Assembly (NCBI RefSeq): GCF_963921235.1
Contig: NC_086097.1
Location: 32,800,001 to 32,864,000, forward strand
Reading direction: 5' to 3'
DNA: 64,000 nucleotides
Source: Mobula hypostoma
Lineage: Eukaryota
How positions within the stretch are numbered: the first letter of the stretch is position 1; every line of letters begins with the position of its first letter. The notes under the pieces were generated by a model, which was not told the origin of the DNA, ran no database searches, and saw nothing but the letters and a program-made list of their open reading frames with translations. Made by a program: the position numbers and the translations under genes. Of the stretch, positions 1-11,312 are shown piece by piece.

Positions 1-362
1 AGAACGGCTGCATGCTTCTCCCGAAGGTAACGTGGTCAACCAGCTACAGGGTCTCATCTCGTTTCGGGCCAACAGAATTCCCAGGATCCATGGTAATACC
101 CGCAGAGGAGGTGCATGTATCTCCACTGGTCAGCATAAACCACGGATGTTGCATCCCAGCTTTCAACGTGAAACGCAAGCCAGTGCAGTGCAATATAGAG
201 TGCAAGCTGTTTCCCATGTAGCAAGCGTTTTGCAGGATATGTACAACACTTCTAACTACATCTCTTCCGAAATACTCTCACTGCAACCTGCAGCATGTAA
301 ATCTCCTTTAGGCAATGCACTTTTAAGCTCAATAGCTTTTTGGCACCAAGCAACTGTATGGG

Positions 363-1721
363 TGTTCTCCAGTCTGGATTTTGACAACACCATAGCACTG
401 AGCCTGTTCCGATCAAGGTTTTAAATGACATCCGTTTAAGCCATGATGACGGTAAAATTTCAGTTCTGGTTTTACTGAATCTTAGTGCTGCTTTTGACAC
501 AGTTGACTATGGCATATTACTGCATAGACTGCAAACCTGGGTGGGCCTTTCCAGTATAGTATTAAAGTGGTTTAAATTGTATTCACAGGACAGAGACTAT
601 TTTGTATCAATTGGTAGCTACATATCTGACGGAACAAAAGTGACATACCAGGGCCTTTTCTGTTTAACCTACATGCTCCCTCTAGCTCAAATCATGGTAA
701 GCATCAAAATATCTTACTGTAATTATGCTGATGACACTCAGATTTATGCAACAGCATCATCAAGTGACTGTGGTCTCATACAATCACTGGAAAACCGAAT
801 TGAACAAATCACTGATTGGATGAGGCAAAATTTCCTAAAGTTAAACTAAGAGAAAACTGAAATAATTGTTTTTGGTGCCTGAAAGGAACAGTTACAAGTC
901 AGTGTTTACTTAGAATCTCTGTTGTTACAGACCAAAACCAAGCCAAAAACCTTGGTGTTGTGATGGACTCCGAATTAAATTTTAATTGCCACCGTAAGAC
1001 AATTAGGTACAAAGTCAGCCTACTACCATCTTAGAAATATAGCGAGAGTTAAAGGGCTTATTTCTCAGCAAGATCTAGAAAAGCTTGTCCCTGCATTTAT
1101 TTTTAGTAGGCTTGACTGCTGTAATAGCATTTTCACAGGTCTCTGTAAAAAAAAAAATCCCACAGACAGCTGCAGCTCATACAGAACGCTGCTGCTGGAA
1201 TCCTCACTAAGACCAAGAAAGTAGAGCATATCACCCCAGTTCTCAGATCACTACACTGGCTTGTTGTCCATCAAAGGACTGACTTTAAAATCTTACTACT
1301 GGTTTATAATGATCGAGGGCCAAAATACATCTCCGATACCTTGCTGCATTACGAACCTTCCTGAGCTCTCAGGTCGTCTGGGGCGGATCTGCCTACCGTC
1401 CCCAGGGTCAAAACTAAACATGGTGAAACAGCTTTTAGTTGCCATGCTCCACATATCTGTAATAACCTTCCAGAGGATCTGAAGTCTGCCCCAACTTCAA
1501 ACTTTTTAAAAGTCGAGTCTTAAAACTTTTCTTTTTGCTGTAGCTTATAATTACAATTTCCTGCACTGTAACTTTTATTCCTTTTCTTAATCTATTTATC
1601 ATCTCTTTTTATTCTCTTTTATACTGTCTGAAATTTGATGTTGATTTTTTTTATTTTGTTCTATGTAAAGCACTTTGAACCACCTAGTGTTTGAAAAGTG
1701 CTCTACAAATAAACTTGCCTT
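363..1721 (+). mobile_element. L2-clade LINE, 5'-truncated, decayed RT plus 3' end
   Basis: Translates to LLNLSAAFDTVDYGILLHRL...CNYADDTQIY...WMRQNFLKLN and IQNAAA..LTKTKKVEHITPVLRSLHWL. Ends tgtaaagcactttgaac...aaagtgctctacaaataaacttgcctt, an L2-type tail. Confidence 0.85.
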
Positions 1722-1789
1722 AAAATCAACTTAATTATCTACAGATTTTACAATCTTATGAAGGACTCAGTGGACCAGGCAGGTAGAGC

Positions 1790-3480
1790 ACCTTTAAGTG
1801 GACGAAGGTTCATTGCCATGGCCAGAAGTGGGGAAAGAGGAACTCCAAGCCAGGCTGAAATGAAGAGGGATGAGATCCCCTCTTGTCAGTAAATGTGCAG
1901 TTGTTCTGAGAACAAAATTGAGGACCTGAGGGAATTGCTGTATCAGAGCGAAATGAGAGATTGTTGTGTTCCATGTTTGAATGAGACATGGCTTACTCCT
2001 AGCACGCCAGATACAGTGATCGGACCTGAAGTCACAGAATGGACCGAACTACTGACTCGGAAAAGGCAAAAAGGCATTTCATAATAACTCTTGGTGGTGC
2101 TCCAATGTGGCGATTATGTCAAACTCATGCTGTCTGTTCTATTTACCCAGGGAGTTCTCCTCCTTAATCCCCACCGCAGTTTACATACTGACAGTGGCCA
2201 ACTATAATCAAGCACTTGAGGTACTGCATGATGCCATCTCCAAACAAGGAACAGTTCATCCCAATGCATTTCAAGTCATAGTTCGGGACTTCAACCAGGC
2301 TTGTTTGAAGAAAACCCTGCCCAATTACCATCAGCCTGTAATCTGTAGCACCAGAGGTCCCAACACACTAGACCATTATTATATTAAGATAAGGGAATGC
2401 CTTCCATTCCATGTCCAGGTCATGATGATCCCATAGCATCTTCACTCTTCTCCATCCTGTCCCACCTGAAAAATGCTGCCTCCTAAGCCAAGAAGCTGTT
2501 TATTGACTTCAGCTTGGGATTTAATACGATCATTCCTCAGAAACTGGTGGGCAAACTGTCCTCATTGGGTTTCAACACCTCTCTCTGTAACTGGATCCTG
2601 GACTTCTTGACAGAAAGGCCACAGTCAGTCTGTGTTGGCAGAAACATGTCTAGCTCCATCACGCTGAGCACTGGACCTTCCCAGAGCTGCGTGCTCGGCC
2701 CGCTGCTGACGTGCGACTGGACTGCCAGATCCAGTTCAAACTGGATCATCAAGTCTGCTGCTGACACAACTGTGGCTGGCCCCACCAAGAACGATGTCGA
2801 AACGCATACGGACAGGAGGGAGAGTGGCTGGTAGAATGGTGCAAGCACAACAACTCGAGTCTCAAAATGGACATGATCAAAGAGATGATTGTAGATTTTA
2901 GGAAGGTGCAGGTTGATCACTCCTCGCTGCACATAAATGGCTCCTCCATGGAGAGTTGGGAGTTTCTAGGAATCCACATTACAGTCTCAGCTGGTCTCTC
3001 AACACCACTTCTTTGGTCAAGAAAGCAAAGTGGCATCTCCATTTCCTGAGGAGATTGAAGCAAGTGAGGTGCACCCCCTCTAACTAATTTTACAGGAGCT
3101 GTCCTGACCAGCTGCCTCACCGTCTGGTACGGGAAATGCAAGGCATCCTACCTCACGTCCCCACAAAGGATTCCAAGGACTGCTGAGAAGATCATCGGGG
3201 TCTTTCTTCTACCCAGATGTTAATCAGGAGTGCTGCATACGCAGGATCTTTAGTATTGTCAGGGATCCCTCCCATTCTTCAAACAATCTCTTTGACCCCC
3301 TACCATCAGACAGGAGGTATCGCAGCATTAGGACAAGAACTGTTAGGATAGAAAACAGCTTCTAACTCCAGGCCATAAGACTACTGAACTCCTTGCCACC
3401 ACCAGGGCCTCGTTACACATGAAAAGCCAGTTGCATTATACTGTTTACTTTTAAAGTCATAAATTCACCCTAATTTGTGG
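1790..3480 (+). mobile_element. Rex1/Babar-clade LINE remnant (EN and RT, internally deleted)
   Basis: EN pieces CLNETWL, LPREFS..TAVYI, DFNQACLKKTLPNYHQ..STRGPNTLDHYY. RT pieces [51 protein letters not shown]. Confidence 0.8.
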
Positions 3481-3485
3481 TAATA

Positions 3486-3562
3486 CAGTGCTTTGAAAAG
3501 TATTCAGCCCGCACAACTATTTTCACTTTTTACTGTCTCTAAATTTAAAATGTATTGAAGTA
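3486..3562 (+). mobile_element. Tc1-like terminal inverted repeat, left part (continues at 31379)
   Basis: TA|CAGTGCTTTGAAAAGTATTCAGCCC is a Tc1-type terminus after a TA dinucleotide. It ends in attgaagta, which is duplicated at 31370-31378. Confidence 0.6.
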
Positions 3563-3772
3563 CAAAACATAATAGAGCAACTGGTCCAGACAACATTGCT
3601 GTTGAAATGATAATGACCTCAGAAGATATTGGAATAGAGAAAATAACAGAAATAGCAAATGAAATCTATGATCATGGGGAGACACCTGATGATTTAAGTA
3701 AATCAGTGTTCATCACACTTCCAAAGAAAAGGGAGCAACAGAGCGTGAGTTACGTTGCACAATAAACTTGAT
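3563..3772 (+). mobile_element. RTE-clade LINE, segment 1 of 3
   Basis: ATGPDNIAVEMI..EIANEIYDHGETPDDLSKSVFITLPKK..TINL; the frame continues as MSH.. at 4986. Confidence 0.75.
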
Positions 3773-4985
3773 TAGATTGGATTAGATTAGATTCAACTTT
3801 GTCATTGTGCCGAGTACAGATACAAAGTCAATGAAATGCAATTAGCTTCTAACCAGAAGTGCAAAACAATAGTATTATTTACAAAATAACTGTGAATAAG
3901 AAGTAAGTGCTACAGCACACAAATATAAAAGTACTGAGACCGTACAATATGGATGCAATACTGCTAAGCGCTGTGATGTGAGGTTCAGCAGTGTCATAGC
4001 CCCAGGGAAGAAGCTCTTCCTGAGCCTGCTGGTGCGGGACCGGAGGGTCTTGTAGCGTCTACCGGATGGAAGGAGAGTAAAAAGTCTATGGTTAGGGTGA
4101 GATGCATCCTTGATGCTCCTCAGGAAATAAAGGCGCTGTTGCTTATTGCCGCTGGGGACTTTAATCATTGTAACCTACGTACCGTGCTTCCAAGATTTTA
4201 CCAAAATATATCATGCACCAAAAGGGTATAAAACCTTAGATCATGTCTACACAAATGTGGCTGACGCTTACAAAGCCACTACCCTCCCCCACCTGGGACA
4301 GTCCGACCATCTTTCATTGTTTCTGCTTCCCAAGTATAGCCCGGTCATTAAACGTGTGAAACCCACAATGAAGACTATTAAGTTCTGGCTGGAGGGTGCT
4401 GACTCTGCTCTTCAGCACCAATTCCAGCACACAGACTGGAGTGCGTTTGCTGCCCATGCCACCACAGACTCTCAGATTAACATTGATTTATATACCAACT
4501 CCGTCCTTGAGCACATCAACAAGTGTGTAGATAGAGTGACATCACAAAAACAAATAAAAGTTTTCCCCAATCAGAAACCATGGATGAACAGAGAAGTTCG
4601 CCTCCTGCTCAAAGCCAGAGATTCAGCCTTCAGGTCTGGAGACCGGGAGGCTTACAGCTCAGCCAGGGCCAACCTGAGGAGGGGAATCTCTCAGGCTAAA
4701 CACATATACAACAGAGAATCGAGGAGCATTTCAATTCCTCAGACCCCCAGCGCATGTGGCATGGCACATAGGTCATTACAGACTTCAAACCACCTAGTAC
4801 TGTGCCCCCTTCCAGCTCTGCTTCCCTCCCTGATCAGCTCAATTACTTCTACGCTTGCTTTGACTGAGAGAACAAGGAGGTCACCCTCAAAGCGGATCTC
4901 CCACCTGGTGAACTGCCTCTCTCACTTTCCACCTCCGATGTGCACCACCCTGAGTAGGGTGAATGTACGGAAGGCAGCTGGTCTG
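3773..4985. mobile_element. Rex1/Babar element with inverted 5' block, inserted into RTE
   Basis: 3773-~4150 is the 3' end on the - strand ((aatct)n-type tail; QQRLYFLR..LLPSGRRYKTLRSRTSRLRKSFFP). ~4146-4985 is EN/linker on the + strand (GDFNH..TLDHVYTNV..SDHLSLFLLP..PNQKPWMN..RKAAGLD). Confidence 0.75.
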
Positions 4986-5315
4986 GATGAGCCACGAGGC
5001 AAAAATTATTCTCAGAGTATCATGATGAGAGCAAGACACTATATAAAACCAGAAATCAGTCAAGAACAATGCGGCCTTGTGGAAACACTAAAACCAGAAA
5101 TGCAATTTTCATGCTACAGATGAACTGTGAACGAGCCATCTAGGTACAAAAAGACATCTACCTATGTTTCATCGACTATACGAAAGCTTTTGACACTGTC
5201 AGACACCAAGATCATCTGGAAATGCTTCAAGATCTTGACATAGATGGGAAAAATATACATTTCTTAAGAAACTGATACTGGGACCAGACAGCATCCATCA
5301 GAATAGAAGGATAAA
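4986..5315 (+). mobile_element. RTE-clade LINE, segment 2 of 3
   Basis: IMMRARHYIKPEISQEQCG..TRNAIFML..LCFIDYTKAFDTVRH..YWDQTASIRIEG. Confidence 0.8.
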
Positions 5316-5695
5316 TGTCACAGTCCCGATCATTAATTCCCCATCTTTCTCCTAATTTCTTTTGATCATGCCACGGTTCTGACTGTTAATTTCCCATTTG
5401 CTTCTAATTCTTTTTGATGACAACACACCTGGTTTCCATCAAGACCTGCAGCATAAGAACCCCGGCATTACAACCACTAGTCGCCAGATCGTTGGTTTTG
5501 CCTGTGTGGTAATTAATGTTTCCCGGCAACTTAGGACCGTGTGTTCTAAGTTTTGCTCCAGTTTCAAGGTTTACCTATGAAACTCTGTCTCTCTGTGTCA
5601 AGATCCCTCTTGTTTGCTGTTCAACGTTCACGTCCTAACTCAATCTCCATGCCTATGTTCTGCACTTGGGTTCGCTTCCTTCGCTCATTGCAACA
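5316..5695 (+). repeat. 5' LTR of sushi-type Gypsy element
   Basis: TGTCAC...GCAACA termini. Its 3' half (5534-5695) is repeated at 30501-30683. It is immediately followed by the PBS and gag. Confidence 0.85.
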
Positions 5696-8600
5696 GAATG
5701 ATCTGGCCACAATGGACCCAGCGGACACGAGTACCCTGCAACAAGCCCTCGCCAGCCAGGGCTCCCTAGTGGGTCTGCACGATCAGCTTCTCCGGGATAC
5801 CATGGAGAACCTCCATTCCCCGTCTGCTAATGTAAGGAAGATCGGTGACCAAGTGGACCATATATCCACTCATTTTACCCCATCCACTCCTGGAATTCTG
5901 TCTAACCATCCCAGACAGTCTGCAGTGGCAACCCCCTATGTGTCAGCAACACCCCCGCCAAGACAGCCACACATACCTGAACCAGAACACTACGCTGGGG
6001 ATTTGGGGAAGTGCTGGGCCTTGCTTCTGCGATGCTCCTTGGTGTTTGAACAGCAGTCATCCACGTACACCACGGACAGATCAAAGATAGCTTATATCAT
6101 GGGGTTGTTGCAGGGAAGTGCCTTAGCGTGGGCTACAATTGTCTGGGATAATCAACCGGATATCTGCTCTTCTTTCCCCACCTTTATCGCGGAAGTAAGA
6201 TCTCTGACACCCTGTCCGTGGTAAAGATGCCGCTAAGCATCTACTCACTGTCCGTCAGGGCTCACGCAGTGTTGCCGAATATTCTGTGGAGTTCTGGATG
6301 TTAGCAGCTGACTCGGGGTGGAACGATGAGGCACTCTAACGGGTATTTCAGAATGGTCTCAGCGACATGGTGAAAGACGAGTTGGTGGCAAAAGCTGACA
6401 CCGACAGCCTGGATTCTTTGATCTCCCTAGCCACCAGGTTGGACAATCGTCTTTGAGAATGCCATAGGGAAAGAACTGGTCGTCCACCATCTTTGGCCAC
6501 TCCACAGCACTCTTTACTGTCTCCCACCAGCACAAGCCTCTCTTCTCCCCCTGCTCCTGGAATAGCTCCCAGCACTGCCCTTTCCACCGCCCCGGGAGAG
6601 GAACCCATACAGCTGGGAAGGAGCTGTCTTTCTCCTACAGAGCGACTCCGGAGATTCAGAGCAGGGAATTGTCTCTATTGCGGTCAGTCCGGTCATTTTC
6701 GTGCTACCTGTTCCCTTCGGCCAAAAGGGAGGGCTCACCAGTAGAAAGGGGGACCCTGGTGAGCCAGACAACATTCCCTTCCGTCCCCCGAACCCAGATG
6801 CAGATCCAAGCGGCTTTATGTTTCAACCTACAGTCCCTGCCTCTGTCAGCTCTAGTGGACTCCGGCACTGAGGGAAATCTTTTGGATGGAAACATAGCTT
6901 CCCAGGCCAGAATTCCTCAGGAGCCGTTGAGTACCCCTCTGGAAGCCCGGGCAATGGACAGTAGACTTCTGGCCCGAGTCACACACTGCACACCACCCTG
7001 TCTCTTATTCTCTCTGGGAAACGGTACGATTTAACCTAATTTCCTCTCTTCAAGCTCCTATAGTTCTTGGGTACCCCTGGTTAAACCGCCATAATCCCCA
7101 CATTGACTGGTCCACCGGGAAGATAGTCAGCTGGAGTCTGTTCTGTCACTCCACTTGTCTACAATTGGCCCTTTCCCCTGTGAAAGTCACTGCGACCTCA
7201 TCTGCCGCTGAAACCCCCGACTTATCCAAGGTTCCAGCATAGTATCACGATCTGGGAAAAGTGTTTAGCAAACAACAGGCTCTTTCCCTACCTCCACACC
7301 ACCCTTACGACTGCACAATTGACCTTCGCCCCGGAGCCCCTCTACCCACCAGTCGGCTGTATAACCTGTCCCGGCCATAAAGGGAAGCAATAAAGGGAGG
7401 CTTATCTAAATGACTCTCATGCAGCGGGCATTATTTGATCATCTTCCCCTGTAGGCGCAGGTTTCTTCTTTGTGGGGAAGAGAGACGGCTCACTGCGCCC
7501 CTGCATTGACTACCGTGGCCTGAACAGCATCACCATAAAGAATAAGGATCCACTGCCCCTTATCAACTCTGCTTTCCAACCCCTTCATGGAGCCACCATC
7601 TTCTCTAAGTTGGGCCTACGAAGTACCTACCACCTGGTCAGGATAAGGGAGGGAGATGAGTGGAAAACAGCTTTTAATACCCCTCTTGGTCACTTCGAAT
7701 ACCTGGTCATGCCATTCGGTCTCACCAATGCTCCCGCCGTCTTCCAAGCTCTGATAAACGATGTCCTTAGGGACTTTATTAATCATTTCATTTTTGTTTA
7801 TTTGGACGACATCTTAATCTTCTCCCGCAGTCTTCAGGAACACATCCACCAGGTCCGTCAGGTTCTGCAGAGGCTTTGGGAGAACAAACGATTCGTGAAG
7901 GCAGAGAAGTACGAGTTTCATGTCCCTTCTGTCAGTTTCTTAGGGTAGATCATTGAGAGTGGGCAAATGAGGGTGGATCCTGAAAAGGTCCGGGTGGTGG
8001 TGGAGTGGCCAAAACCCATGACACTCAAGCAACTCCAGCGATTTCTGGGGTTCGCAAACTTTTATCATCGTTTCATCAGGGATTACAGCCGGGTGGCAGC
8101 GCCCCTTACTCGACTCACCTCTCCTACGCCCCCTTTTCACTGGGACCTCAAAGCGGACTTGACCTTCTCACAGCTGAAGAGGACACTCACCTCCGCTCCC
8201 ATCCTGGTCGAATCAGACCCCTCTCGCCAATTCATTGTGGAAGTTGACGCCTCTGACTTTGGGGTGGGAGCGGTCCTCTCCCAATGCTCTGGCCCAGACC
8301 AAAAACTCCATCCCTGCGCCTTCTTTTCTCACTGGCTATCCCCTGCCGAACGGAACTACGACGTAGGGAACCAGGAGTTACTGGCTGTCAAACTTGCTTT
8401 GGAAGAGTGGAGGCACAAGCTGGAGGGAGTGGAATATCCATTCATCGTCTGGACAGATCACAAGAATCTTGCATACATCAAAACCGCCAAATGCCTTAAT
8501 TCCCACCAAGCCTGTTGGGCATTATTTTTTGGTTGTTTTTGATTCACACTCACCTATCGTCCGGGGTCCAAGAACGGGAAGCCCGATGCTCTCTCCCATC

Positions 8601-9608
8601 AATACGTCTTCAAGGAAGGCTTTCCCAACCCCGAGACCATCCTGTGCAGTGGCTGCCCTCACCTGGGAGATCGAATCCATAGTCAAAGAGGCCCATCGGA
8701 CTCAACCCGACCCAGGCAATGGACCCCCCAAATTGCCTCTTCATGCCTGACTCTGTTTGGTCTCAGGTTCTCCAGTGGGGGCAAACTTCTCGTTTTGCCT
8801 GCCAACCTGGAATTGATCGGACTCTGTCCCTTCTGAAGAGACATTTCTGGTGGCCCTCCATACACGCTGACACTCATTCCTTCATCTCTGCCTGTTCTGT
8901 TTGTGCCCGCAGAAAAGCCTCCCATCGACCACCTGCTGGGTTGCTTCGTCCCCTACCTGTCCCGAGTCACCCTTGGTCTCACATTGTGCTGGATTTTGAC
9001 ACTGGACTACCCCCTTCACATGGGAACACTGCCATACTCACCGTGGTGGACCGCAAAGTGTGCATTTCGTAGCTCTTCCCAAACTCCCTACAGCCGACCT
9101 CCTTGTTCATCACGTCTTCCGTCTTTATGGAATTCCCTCTGATATTATTTCTGACCGGGGTCCCCAATTCATCTCTCAAGTCCGGAGATCCTTTTGTCAA
9201 GCCCTTGGAGCCTCAGTAAGCCTGTCTTCCGGCTTCCATCCACAGACAAATGGTCAAATAGAACGAGCAAACCAGGATTTGGAAGCAGCACTGTGCTGCA
9301 TAACCACCAACAACCCGTCATCCTGGAGCACCCATCACGTTTGGGTCGAGTACGCTCACAACTTCCTGGTCAGGACCGCCACCAGAATGTCTCCCTTCGA
9401 ATGCTCCCTCAGTTACCAACCCCCTGTTTACCGCACATGAAGACGACATTGCTGTGCCTTCACTTCAGGCCCATCTCCGCTGGTGCTGCAAGATCTGGAA
9501 GGACGCTCGCACAGCCCTGCTCCACTCAGCCGACCACAACCAAAGGATTGCTGATCGCCATCAAATTCCTGCACCAAATTATTGGCTTGGGCAGAAGGTA
9601 TTGCTTGC
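5696..9608 (+). mobile_element. Ty3/Gypsy retrotransposon of the sushi-ichi/Tf1-sushi group: gag-pro-RT-RNaseH-IN pseudogene
   Basis: gag MDPAD..PEPEHYAGDLGKC..DRSKIAYIMGLL.G.ALAWA and [14 protein letters not shown] (CCHC); protease [27 protein letters not shown]; RNase [41 protein letters not shown]. Multiple stops and frameshifts. Confidence 0.92.
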
Positions 9609-9730
9609 ACCGTTGTAACTATATGTTATAATTATGTGGTTTTGGTCAGTTTTTGTCTGTCTTGTGTTTCAGTGATATCATGTATTACTAAATTACAATA
9701 AAACAGGACTGCATATCCTCAATCTAAATA
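9609..9730 (+). mobile_element. Short non-LTR 3'-end fragment (Rex1-like tail)
   Basis: T-rich UTR ending aataaaacaggactgcatatcctcaatctaaa, a poly(A) signal plus short repeat tail. Family assignment is weak. Confidence 0.35.
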
Positions 9731-11312
9731 ATTAAGAATCTGATTTGGTGATTGATATTTTTTCTTAAAATATTAAGAAGATTGTATTCTGCTTCACTTT
9801 CCAAGATCTTGCCTTTCAAAATGTTTTGCAAACAGCTGTTTTTTTAAAAAAAAAATTGTTGTTTTTTTATGGCATTCTCTTCTCAATGTTTTGAATTCTT
9901 TTCAATTTTGGAGACTTGCCACAAGAGAGATGGGGGTAGGGATGGTAGGGTAGGGGGTATAGATGGGGGTAGATAGCTTTCTGGCTGTCTATTAGCCAGT
10001 TTTCAGGCTTTTACAGAAGGGGCTATTTTTAGTTTAGTTTTTTCCATCTGAGCTGATCTGAAACTACAAATATGTCTGAATTGTTGTGACTTCCGGTTCC
10101 TCTTTAAACTTTTTTCCCTCTTCCTGATTCATGGGTTTCCTATGCAGTAAGGTTAACCCTTTACACAGCATATGGTTTATTCAAGTACAAATGGATAATA
10201 TTATTAACTATGTTTCATGGAATACGAATGGTTTGAATCATCAGATTAAATGGAAGAAGATTTTAAGTTTTTCATAGATTGAAATCATAGATTATCTTTG
10301 CCCAGGAAACTCATGTAAGGAAGGAAGATAATTAGTGGTGTATTTCCAATTCACAGGATACGGTGAAAGGAGTCTCTATTTTTATAGATTCCTCGATTTC
10401 ATTTGTTCAATATGAAACAATTTCGACCCGAATGGTAGATTTCTGTTAATTACTGGTTTACTTTATAACCAAAAAGTTGTTATGGTTAATGTCTATGCAC
10501 CAAATACCAATTATCCTGAATTCTTTAAGCATTTATTTGCATCTCTACCTAATTTAAATGAATACAGGTTGATAATGAGTGGAGATTTTAACTGTTGCCT
10601 GAATCCCTCGATGCATAGATCTGCACCTAGTCAGGTACTTTCAAACAAATTCACTATTTTTATTAATTCCTTTTTAGTTGATTCCGGAATTTTAGAAGTT
10701 TGGAGGTTTTTACATCCTAATGATAAAGAGTTCTCATTCTTTTCTCATGTATATCATAATTACTCTGGAATTGATTACTTTTTTTCATTGACTCTCGATT
10801 AGTTTCATCTGTTACTGCCTGTGAGTTCGATGCAATTGCCGTCTCTGATCATCCGCCCCTGAAACTATCAAATTAACTGATGTAACTTTCAGTGCTAGAC
10901 AATCGCTGTTCAATTCTACTCTGCTTCAGGACTTAAAGTTTGTTAACTTTATTAAAGAACAGATTGCCTTTTTCCTTCTCAACTAATTTTATGGAAGAAA
11001 TTTCCAGTGGGATATTATGGGACACTTTTAAAGTATATATCCGTGGGCAAATTACTTCATTATGCTGGACTGAGAAAAATGAATTAATAATGAAATACGT
11101 ACATTGATTGATAAGATTAAAGAAATTGATAAAAAATATTCTGCTGCTCCTAATTTGGAGCTTTACAAAAAGAGAGTTGAACTTCAGATGCAACACAGTT
11201 TGTTATTAACATCCCCAATTGAAAATCAATTACTTAAAACTAAGAATCAATTTTATGTACATGGTGATAAGTCGGATAAATTACTGGCCAACCAATTGAA
11301 AGCTGCCTTGGC
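9731..11312 (+). mobile_element. L1-A: L1-clade LINE, inter-ORF spacer and ORF2 endonuclease (segment 1 of 3)
   Basis: ORF2 start at ~10191 (MDNIINYVSWNTNGLNH), AQETH, NVYAPN, GDFN, YSGIDYF, SDH, then HGDKSDKLLANQLKA. Confidence 0.85.

Noticed and set aside
1..300. Short ORFs at the window start
   Set aside because: No recognisable motif or splice structure; left unassigned.
4146..5123. 325-aa ORF as a gene
   Set aside because: It is a chimera of Rex1 EN/linker, an out-of-frame stretch and RTE sequence across an insertion junction.
5553..6224. Domesticated PEG10/RTL-like gene
   Set aside because: LTRs are present, and gag and pol contain stops and frameshifts; it is a decayed retrotransposon.
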